From Acidimicrobiales bacterium (GTDB lineage: Bacteria; Actinomycetota; Acidimicrobiia; Acidimicrobiales; Acidimicrobilacustridaceae), in the NCBI GenBank assembly GCA_038235385.1, contig JBBSTY010000048.1:1-25831 (forward strand): DNA of 25,831 nt, written 5' to 3'. A program made the translations under genes and the position numbers. The notes below the pieces were generated by a model, which was given only the letters and a program-made list of their open reading frames with translations, was not told where the DNA came from and ran no database searches. Below, in pieces: positions 18,907-25,831 of this stretch (the first letter of the stretch is position 1; every line of letters starts with the position of its first letter).

Positions 18907-19677
18907 TCAGCGTCGATCGGTGTCGGCACGCTCGCGGTCGCGGAGATCGATCGCGTCGTCGCCGTCGAGGTCACGGTCCGGAGCAGGTTCGGTGGCGAGG
19001 GCCGGGCCGCCGCTCGTGACGTGGCGGTGGCCGGCGGCGTCGACGGTCTCGATGGTCTCGTTGCCCGTGATGCGGTCGCGCTCCTCGGCGGCGAGGTAGG
19101 CATCGGCCCGGGTGTGGTAGCGGGATCCGATGAGCCCGCCGACGAAGCCCGCGGCCAGCATCACCACGGCGGCGACGACGCCGCTGATGATCGCCACCGT
19201 CGTGGTGGCGTTGTCGTTGAACCACTGGGGCACCTGGAGGTCCTGGAAGACGTTGTAGCGATCCCCCAGCCAAGCGCCCAGCCCGGCGAGCGCGGCGGCG
19301 GTGAGGATGAACCACACCGCGGTCATGAGTCCGTTGCGCCCGCCGTCGTACCGGCCGATGCGCCCGGCGACCCAGCCGCCGATCAGGAACGCCACCAGCA
19401 GGGTGACCAGCCCCCCGGCCAGTCCGCCGGCAGACAGCTCGTCGGTCCCTCTCTCGAGATCCATCTGGTAGCCGATGGTGCCGATGCCGCCGAGGATGCC
19501 ACCCAGGAGGACGGTGACACCCAGTGCGGCGAGCGCCCCGGCGATCGAGGCGCCCACGTCCAACCCGCCGAACTGCTGGCGGGTCTCGACGACGCGCACG
19601 GCGTTGCCGTCGTCGTCGACCCGGATGTGCTCGTCGACCGGTCGACCGTGCAGTGTTCCCTTGCTGGCCTTGCTCAT
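18907..19677 (-). CDS. hypothetical integral membrane protein (256 aa), Gly-rich TM helices, acidic C-terminal tail
   Basis: GGGAGGG SD lies 5 nt before ATG (minus). Four hydrophobic Gly/Ala-rich segments (LGVTVLLGGILGGIG, LVTLLVAFLIGGWVAG, AVWFILTAAALAGLGAWLG, VAIISGVVAAVVMLAAGFVGGLIG). Confidence 0.6.
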   Translation of the reverse strand: MSKASKGTLHGRPVDEHIRVDDDGNAVRVVETRQQFGGLDVGASIAGALAALGVTVLLGGILGGIGTIGYQMDLERGTDELSAGGLAGGLVTLLVAFLIGGWVAGRIGRYDGGRNGLMTAVWFILTAAALAGLGAWLGDRYNVFQDLQVPQWFNDNATTTVAIISGVVAAVVMLAAGFVGGLIGSRYHTRADAYLAAEERDRITGNETIETVDAAGHRHVTSGGPALATEPAPDRDLDGDDAIDLRDRERADTDRR

Positions 19678-19796
19678 GGTGCCCTCCCGATGGTTGGTGG
19701 AGCCGCCCCGCCCCGGCTGGTGGAGGTCCTACCCGTGGGTCGGCGCGCGAGAACCCCGCCTCGATCGGCGCCCCGGCGACGTGGCCGGTGCAGGGG

Positions 19797-20354
19797 TCAG
19801 CGTCGCGGGCGGTTCGATGTGGCGAGGGGGAGCGCCACCCACAGGCCGATCAGCGCGACCACGACGATGGCGACCGACGCCGCGGCCAGCGGCGGGCTCA
19901 GGACCACCCGGGCGACCAGAACCAGACCGCTGACGAGTGACGCGGCGAACAGCACCAATCCCGCTCGGGTGGTGCGGATCGCCCAGATCAACCGCTCGGA
20001 TCGAGACCGTCGGTTGGCGACTCGATGGAACACGGTGGGCGACGCGAACGAGATCACCGCGAGGATCCCGCTGACCAGAGCGATCCCGTAGAGGTCGCGG
20101 CCGGCCTCGTCGAGCAGGTCGAACCCCGTCGCGAACGGCACCGTGAAGAGGAACGCCACCAGGATCTGGACCCCGGGCAGGAGCACGCGCAGCTCCTGCA
20201 GGAGGCCGTAGTACCGGGTTCGGAGCTCCTCCCGGTCGAGCTCGTCGTCGAGCTCCTCGACGGGACGGTCGTCGCTGGGGAAGCCGGCCGATGGCTCATC
20301 AGGCGTGGTCCGGTCCCCGTCGTGCGGGTCGCGTCCCGACCACCAGTCCGACAT
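19797..20354 (-). CDS. small membrane protein, DUF6328-like (185 aa); ORF track start 20630 rejected
   Basis: GGAGGG lies 5 nt upstream of ATG (MSDWWSGRD) at 20352-20354. It has an acidic N-terminal region then RYYGLLQELRVLLPGVQILVAFLFTVPF and further TM helices. The 92-aa upstream extension in the track is Arg/Ser/Pro-rich. Confidence 0.55.
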   Translation of the reverse strand: MSDWWSGRDPHDGDRTTPDEPSAGFPSDDRPVEELDDELDREELRTRYYGLLQELRVLLPGVQILVAFLFTVPFATGFDLLDEAGRDLYGIALVSGILAVISFASPTVFHRVANRRSRSERLIWAIRTTRAGLVLFAASLVSGLVLVARVVLSPPLAAASVAIVVVALIGLWVALPLATSNRPRR

Positions 20355-20445
20355 GGGAACCCTCCGTCCGCTCGATCTCCGACCCGCACCGGTGGCGTGT
20401 CCGGCGGCCATGGTGACGCCGATGGACATCGGTGTCGACCCGGAG

Positions 20446-21984
20446 TCACGGTCGCGCCGGTTCACCTTCCCGTGGCACCGGGCCGGGGAGCCGGCGACTG
20501 ATGAGCATGCCCACGGTCGCCACCACCGCCCCGATCGCCCACCCGATGGCGATGCCCGGCGCCGGGGTCCAGCCGAGGCGGGCACCGACGGCCACGGCGG
20601 CGCCGCCGAGCCCGATGCCGAGGGCGACACCGAGCTGCTCGGTGAGCTGCAGCGACGAGGTGGCGGCGCCCTCCCGACCCGGGGCGGCCTCGCGCAGGAC
20701 GGTGACCGAGATGGGCGCGTACCCGAGGCCGATGCCGAAGCCGCCCAAGGTCCAGCCCAGGAAGCCGAGGCCGAACGGCACCGCCTCCACGAGGTACAGA
20801 CCGGTGAGGGAGATGCTCACGAGGACGATCGCGTGCCCGACGACCACGAGCCGGCGGGCACCGACGCGGTGCACGAGCCGCTCCTGCACCCACGCGGCGG
20901 CGGTCCACGCGAAGGTGGTTGATGTCAGGCTCAGGGTGATCCAGAGCGTGCCCAGATGGCGGACATCGGCGATCGCCAACGGCACGTAGGCGTCGACACC
21001 GAAGAACGCGAAGGTCAGCGTGCCGCGCGCCGCGACGGCGGCGGGCATGCCCGCCCTGGCCCGCACCGTTCCATCGGGGACGAGATGCAGGTACGCCGGG
21101 ATCGCCACCGCCGCCCCCATGAGCACCAGGCCGACGGCGACGATCGGTTGCTCGGCGCTGATCCCGGCGAGCACCGCGGCCGTGCCGGCCGCCACCGCGA
21201 TGGCGTACGGAAGTCGGCTGCGCTCGGCGCCGTCGGGGCCGACCGCACCGGGTCCGATGGGGCGCATGGCCGGGAGCGTGAAGGACCCGGCGATCACGAC
21301 GAGCGGCAGCAACCCGAGGAACACCCACCGCCACCCGACGGCGTGCTCGATCAACCCGGCGAGCGCCGGCCCGAAGATGCCCGGGATCACCCACGAGCTG
21401 GCCAGTACCGCGAACATGCGGGGGCGCAGCACCTCGGGGTAGCTGCGGCCGATGCACACGTAGCCGATGGCCGGCACCGCGCCGGCACCGAAGCCCTGGA
21501 TCGCCCGTGCCAGGACGAGCACCAACCTGGTGGGCGCCATGCCGCCGACGAGCAGACCGCCGGCGAAGAGCGCCAGGCCGAGGGTGAACGCCGGGGCGGC
21601 GCCGAGGCGATCGGCCGATTGGCCAGCGACGACGATGCCGATCAGCGTGCCGAGGAAGAAGGCGCTGAACACCCAGCCGTACAGGGCCAGTCCACCGAGC
21701 TCGGCGCTGACGGTGGGCATCACCGTGGCGATCGCCAGGGTCTCGACGGCCACGAGCGAGATGGTCAGCGACAGCCCCACGGTGAGCCGCCGCCGCGCCG
21801 GCGCGCACCCCCCGTCGCGGACCTCGGTCGGCGGGGCGAGACCGGCGGCGAGGTGCGTGGCGAGCTGCTCGTTGGCGGGGATGCCGGCAGCAGGACGGTC
21901 GGCGACGGGGTGCTCGGATCCGGTGGGTGGGTCGCCAGGCTCGGCCGGGTCGCCGGCCGAGGCGTCTCGGTCGATCGTGGGCAT
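20446..21984 (-). CDS. MFS transporter (512 aa; ~60-aa hydrophilic N-terminus, true start may be downstream)
   Basis: 12-14 TM helices. MFS-like loop motifs (GQSADRLG..., G-x-x-x-D-R-x-G-R-like) fall between TM2 and TM3. Confidence 0.8.
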   Translation of the reverse strand: MPTIDRDASAGDPAEPGDPPTGSEHPVADRPAAGIPANEQLATHLAAGLAPPTEVRDGGCAPARRRLTVGLSLTISLVAVETLAIATVMPTVSAELGGLALYGWVFSAFFLGTLIGIVVAGQSADRLGAAPAFTLGLALFAGGLLVGGMAPTRLVLVLARAIQGFGAGAVPAIGYVCIGRSYPEVLRPRMFAVLASSWVIPGIFGPALAGLIEHAVGWRWVFLGLLPLVVIAGSFTLPAMRPIGPGAVGPDGAERSRLPYAIAVAAGTAAVLAGISAEQPIVAVGLVLMGAAVAIPAYLHLVPDGTVRARAGMPAAVAARGTLTFAFFGVDAYVPLAIADVRHLGTLWITLSLTSTTFAWTAAAWVQERLVHRVGARRLVVVGHAIVLVSISLTGLYLVEAVPFGLGFLGWTLGGFGIGLGYAPISVTVLREAAPGREGAATSSLQLTEQLGVALGIGLGGAAVAVGARLGWTPAPGIAIGWAIGAVVATVGMLISRRLPGPVPREGEPARP

Positions 21985-22046
21985 CGATCAGCAGGCCGTC
22001 GGATCGGTTGTCGGTCCGGACCCGACCCCCGACCGAGGAGGTCCGC

Positions 22047-23681
22047 TCACGACGCGATGACGCCGGGGTTGAGGATCCCCGCGGGGTCGAGCTCGGCCTT
22101 CACTGCAGCGAGGGCGCGGCCGACGAGCTCGGGTCGTTGGCGGCGGTACCAGCGGTCGTGGTCCCGGCCCACGGCATGGTGGTGGGTGATGGTGGCGCCG
22201 TGGGCGAGCAGCGCCTCGGACGCGGCCACCTTGATCTCGTCCCACATGGCGATCTCCGAGCCCGGCCGGCCGGGCGCGTAGACGCTGAAGTAGGGGGCGC
22301 AGCCGTCGGGGTAGACGTGGGTGAACCGGCACGTGAGGAAGCCGATGCCGCAGATCTCGGTGATGGCACGGGTGACCGCCTCGGTGACCCCGGCATGGAG
22401 CTCGTCGAAGCGGTCCCACGTGCATGCGGTCTCGAACGTCTCCACGATGACGCTCATGCGCACCAGCGCATCGCGGGTGTACGGCGCGCGCAGGAAGGTG
22501 TTGCGCCACGCGCCGACCGCGCCGTCGCGTCCGGCACCGCCTTTCGCTCCGGCGTCGGTCGCGCTCTCGTGCGCAGCGGGCACGGTGATGGCGACCGGGT
22601 CGGGCAGGATGCCGCCGTGGTCCCGGACGAGCTCGACCGCACGCTCGATCCAGGTGTCGACGCGATGATCGGCGGATTCGAACCCGAGCACCAGCAGCGC
22701 CGTGCCGTCGGTGACGCCGGCGGACAGGCCGGCCTCGCCCGGATCGAGGAGGCGGCAGTTGGTGGGGAACAACCCGGATTGGGAGATGGCACGCACCGCC
22801 TGCACGGCGGCGCCGTAGTCGCTGAACGACACCCCGGCGGATGCCTTGAACCGCGGTCGTTCCTGCACGCGCATCCAGGCCTCGGTGATGATGCCGAGCG
22901 ACCCTTCCGAGCCGAGGAACAACCGGTCGGGGGACACCCCGGCGCCGCTGCCCGGGAGCCGACGGGATTCGCTGGTGCCCGACGGCGTGATGACGCGCAT
23001 CGACTCCACCAGGTCGTCGATGTGGGTGTAGACGCTGGCGTAGTGCCCACCGGATCGGGTGGCCAGCCACCCGCCGAGCGTCGAGAACTCGAACGACTGG
23101 GGGAAGTGCCGGAGCGTGTAGCCGTGGGGGCGGAGCTGGTCCTCGAGCACCGGACCGAGCGCGCCTCCCTGGATGCGCGCCGCACGCGACGTGGTGTCGA
23201 TCTCGAGGACCCGGTCGAGCGCGGTGAGGTCGATGGAGACGACCGCGTCGAAGCGGTCGCCGACGTCGGCTTCGACCCCGCCCACCACGGACGAGCCGCC
23301 GCCGTAGGGGATCGCCGCGATGCCTGCGCTCGAGCACCAGTCCAAGATGGCGACCACCTCGGCCTCGGTGGTGGGGAAGGCGACCACATCGGGCGGGTTG
23401 GGCAGCTGGCGGTACGAGCCGCGGACCACATCGCGGAACGACTTGCCGTAGGTGTGTCCGGCTCGGACCTCGGTGTCGACCGAGCAGATCGGGGCGAGCG
23501 CATCGGGAGGTGTGGCCCGCGGTGCGCGGAGCTCGACGTCGGCGATCTCGGGCGGCGGACGCACCTCGAGCGCGACCCCGAACTGGCTCCCGAGCGACGC
23601 CGCCAGCTTGGCGGACGCGGCGGCGTCGACGGCCTCGTCCTGCCAACCCCAACCCCACCACGAGCGTCGACGTCCGGTCAT
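22047..23681 (-). CDS. FAD-binding (PCMH-type) oxidoreductase, alkyl-dihydroxyacetonephosphate synthase (AgpS)-like, 544 aa
   Basis: The N-terminus MTGRRRSWWGWGWQ has the WGWG motif typical of AgpS-like enzymes. An FAD-binding-4-like region follows (VVAFPTTEAEVVAILDWCSSAGIAAIPYGGGSSVVGG), and the length fits. The 58-aa N-terminal extension in the track overlaps the repeat element and is rejected. Confidence 0.8.
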   Translation of the reverse strand: MTGRRRSWWGWGWQDEAVDAAASAKLAASLGSQFGVALEVRPPPEIADVELRAPRATPPDALAPICSVDTEVRAGHTYGKSFRDVVRGSYRQLPNPPDVVAFPTTEAEVVAILDWCSSAGIAAIPYGGGSSVVGGVEADVGDRFDAVVSIDLTALDRVLEIDTTSRAARIQGGALGPVLEDQLRPHGYTLRHFPQSFEFSTLGGWLATRSGGHYASVYTHIDDLVESMRVITPSGTSESRRLPGSGAGVSPDRLFLGSEGSLGIITEAWMRVQERPRFKASAGVSFSDYGAAVQAVRAISQSGLFPTNCRLLDPGEAGLSAGVTDGTALLVLGFESADHRVDTWIERAVELVRDHGGILPDPVAITVPAAHESATDAGAKGGAGRDGAVGAWRNTFLRAPYTRDALVRMSVIVETFETACTWDRFDELHAGVTEAVTRAITEICGIGFLTCRFTHVYPDGCAPYFSVYAPGRPGSEIAMWDEIKVAASEALLAHGATITHHHAVGRDHDRWYRRQRPELVGRALAAVKAELDPAGILNPGVIAS

Positions 23682-23718
23682 GCGGGCGACAGTAGCGGCG
23701 CTGGGTGCAGGACCGGCC

Positions 23719-23950
23719 GGAGATCCCGCGCCTCGACCACGGACGCCCCCGCGCACCACCCAACATGCGTAGCGAGACCTCGCTCGGCACCCCGGAGCTA
23801 CGCATGTTCGGGGGAGGGTGTGGCGGTGCAGGGGGAGATCCCGCGCCTCGACCACGGACGCCCCCGCGCACCACCCAACATGCGTAGCGAGACCTCGCTC
23901 GGCACCCCGGAGCTACGCATGTTGGGGGGAGGGGGTGGCGGGTGCCGGGG
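23719..23950. repeat. tandem direct duplication (~115-bp unit x2), each unit carrying a palindrome CCCAACATGCGTAGC-gagacctcgctcggcaccccgga-GCTACGCATGTTGGG with C-rich 5' and G-rich 3' flanks
   Basis: Unit 1 is 23719-23833 and unit 2 is 23834-~23950. They are near-identical over 90 nt, and the period of 115 is verified on the GGAGATCCCGCG and CATGTT landmarks. The arms match the element 3' of icd (13621-13740). Confidence 0.7.
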
Positions 23951-24053
23951 TGTGGGCGGGGTGGCGGTGTGCGTCCGGACGCGGGTCGGGCGTTGTAGGT
24001 TCGGCTGGTCGCCCGTCCAGGTCGGCGGCGACGGCACCTTGGGGGCACGGACA

Positions 24054-25703
24054 TTGGGGCGACACGAGTTGGATCGGCGGCGCTTCATCGCCGCGCTGGT
24101 GGCGGGTGTCGGCGGGGTGGGGATCGCTGCTGCCTGTGGGACGTCCACCGATTCGTCGGCACCGGCAGGCACGGCCGCCGGGGCCGGCGCCACGACGAGC
24201 GCCCTGCCCACCGTCACCGCGGCGCCACCTCCTCCGCTCAGCGGACCGGCCTTCACGCTCGGCGTCGCGTCCGGCGACCCGCTGTCGGATGCGGTGATCC
24301 TGTGGACCCGCCTCGCGCCGGAACCGATGAACATCGCCGATGCCGGGATGCCGCCGGTGGATGTCGAGGTGGAGTGGGAGATCGCCACCGACGACACCTT
24401 CGCCGAGGTCGTCAACCGCGGCGTCGCGATCGCATCGGCCGCGCTCGGCCACTCGGTGCACGTGGATGCCACGGGCCTGGAGCCCGACCAGTGGTACGCC
24501 TACCGGTTCCGGTTGGGCGACGAGGTGAGCCCCGTCGGGCGCACCCGCACCTTCCCGCCCGCCGACGCGTCACCCGACCGGCTGCGCATGGCGGTCACCA
24601 ACTGCCAGGACTACGGATCGGGTTACTACGCCGCGTACCGCGATCTCGTCGGCCAGGACCTCGATGTCGTGCTCTTCCTCGGCGACTACATCTACGAGAC
24701 GCCGGGCATGGAGGATCCCGCCGAGGCGATCGCCGCCCGTCGCTACGTCGGCGGCGTGCCCATCACGCTGGCGGACTTCCGCCGCCGGTACGCCCAGCAC
24801 CACCTCGATCCCCAGTTGACCGCCGCGCACCAGGCCCTTCCGTGGATCATCACGTTCGACGACCACGAGGTCGTCAACAACTACGCCGGGTTCGACGGCG
24901 CCCTCGCGGGCACCGGACCGGAGTTCGTGGCGCGTCGAGCAGCCGCGTACCAGGCCTGGTACGAGAACCTGCCCCTTCGGGTCGACCCGCCGGTCGACGG
25001 TGAGGTCGTCGTGCACCGGGACAGCTCCTTCGGCGATCTGGCCCGGCTGTTCGTGACCGAGACCCGCCAGCACGCCGACCCGGCTCCGTGCCGCGCCACC
25101 TCGAGCTTCGACACCGGCCCGGGGTGCGACGAGCAGCAGGACGAGGCGCGCACCGCGCTCGGCCGCGAGCAGGAGGCGTGGCTCGTCGACGGCATGGCGC
25201 AGAACGCCGCGTTCTGGCAGGTGTGGGTGAACCCGGTGCTGCTCGCCGGCCTCGACCTCTCCGGACCCGACGACCCGCCGGCCTTCTACCTCGAGACCTG
25301 GGACGGCTACCCAGCCGAACGTCGACGCGTCGTGTCCGCGATCAAGGACCGCGACGTGCGCAACCCTGTCGTGCTCTCGGGCGACTACCACGCCAGCTTC
25401 GTCGCCGAGGTGCGTCCGGATCCGTTCGACCCGGACTCGCCGGTCGTGGCGCCGGAGTTGCTGGCGACCTCGATCAGCTCGGTCGTGTTCCCCACCGACT
25501 ACACGGCCGCCAACCCCCAGATCCTGTACTTCGAGCCGCGCAACGGGTACCTGCTCTGCGAGGTCACCCGTACGTCGATCACGGCCGACTTCCGCTACGT
25601 CACCGATGTCGCCGACGCCGCATCGCCGGTGACCGTCGGCGCCAGCTTCGTCGTCACGCCGGGACCCGAGGACGGCACGGCGCCCACCGTCGAGCGGGCC
25701 TGA
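24054..25703 (+). CDS. PhoD-family alkaline phosphatase/phosphodiesterase with Tat signal (start uncertain: TTG 24054 proposed)
   Basis: Twin-arginine motif DRRRFIAALVAGVGGVGIAAACG with a possible lipobox (AAAC). It has PhoD-like N-terminal (PhoD_N: FTLGVASGDPLSDAVILWTRL) and metallophosphatase blocks (FLGDYIYE, GDYHASF). The track ORF (21927-25703, 1258 aa) is a frame run-through; only the 3' ~550 codons look genuine. Confidence 0.8.
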   Translation: MGRHELDRRRFIAALVAGVGGVGIAAACGTSTDSSAPAGTAAGAGATTSALPTVTAAPPPPLSGPAFTLGVASGDPLSDAVILWTRLAPEPMNIADAGMPPVDVEVEWEIATDDTFAEVVNRGVAIASAALGHSVHVDATGLEPDQWYAYRFRLGDEVSPVGRTRTFPPADASPDRLRMAVTNCQDYGSGYYAAYRDLVGQDLDVVLFLGDYIYETPGMEDPAEAIAARRYVGGVPITLADFRRRYAQHHLDPQLTAAHQALPWIITFDDHEVVNNYAGFDGALAGTGPEFVARRAAAYQAWYENLPLRVDPPVDGEVVVHRDSSFGDLARLFVTETRQHADPAPCRATSSFDTGPGCDEQQDEARTALGREQEAWLVDGMAQNAAFWQVWVNPVLLAGLDLSGPDDPPAFYLETWDGYPAERRRVVSAIKDRDVRNPVVLSGDYHASFVAEVRPDPFDPDSPVVAPELLATSISSVVFPTDYTAANPQILYFEPRNGYLLCEVTRTSITADFRYVTDVADAASPVTVGASFVVTPGPEDGTAPTVERA

Positions 25704-25766
25704 CCCGCCTCGACCGACGGCGAGGCGACGGAGCCGACCGCAGGCAACGGCAGGTCCACACGCCGA

Positions 25767-25795
25767 CCGTCACCCGTCACCCGTCACCCGTCACC
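25767..25795. repeat. heptamer tandem repeat CCGTCAC x4 just 3' of the phoD-like gene
   Basis: Read directly from the sequence (gaccgtcacccgtcacccgtcacccgtcaccgagg). Confidence 0.5.
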
Positions 25796-25831
25796 GAGGA
25801 GTCGGGCGACGGCGAGCGCCGTCGCCACCAC

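Noticed and set aside
21927-25703. 1258-aa ORF on + strand
   Set aside because: Only the last ~550 codons (PhoD-family) look like protein. The rest runs antisense through the MFS and FAD-oxidase genes and through the tandem repeat. I kept the PhoD portion only.

Overview
High-GC, actinobacterial-type chromosomal segment with dense ordinary coding. There is no recognisable phage, IS, CRISPR, toxin or defence module, and no tRNA or rRNA. I call 19 protein genes; the many long antisense ORFs in the track are GC-driven artefacts.

Genes in order:
- TspO (5'-partial) and a small membrane protein.
- A tandem-domain acyl-CoA dehydrogenase (- strand).
- An orphan hypothetical protein followed by a flotillin/SPFH protein.
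- A minus-strand trio: OatA-like acyltransferase-SGNH, a dimethylformamidase-beta-like (DUF6605-type) protein, and a 2OG-Fe(II) oxygenase.
- Monomeric NADP-isocitrate dehydrogenase, then a small ferredoxin, a SAM-methyltransferase, a two-domain VOC/glyoxalase protein and CorA.
- A single ORF fusing an RluA-type pseudouridine synthase to an RlmI-like rRNA methyltransferase.
- A minus-strand block: AgpS-like FAD-linked oxidase, MFS transporter and two membrane proteins.
- A Tat-signal PhoD-family phosphatase.

The most distinctive non-coding signal is a palindromic repeat family (arms AACATGCGTAGC / GCTACGCATGTT). It occurs as two copies directly after icd and again inside a ~115-bp tandem duplication between the FAD-oxidase and phoD-like genes. 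Other non-coding features are a 9-bp x7 microsatellite upstream of corA and GC-rich hairpins in three convergent intergenic gaps.

Nothing here looks like a dramatic new system. The candidates most worth follow-up are the repeat family, the RluA-RlmI fusion, the fused double acyl-CoA dehydrogenase and the acyltransferase/dimethylformamidase-like/oxygenase cluster.
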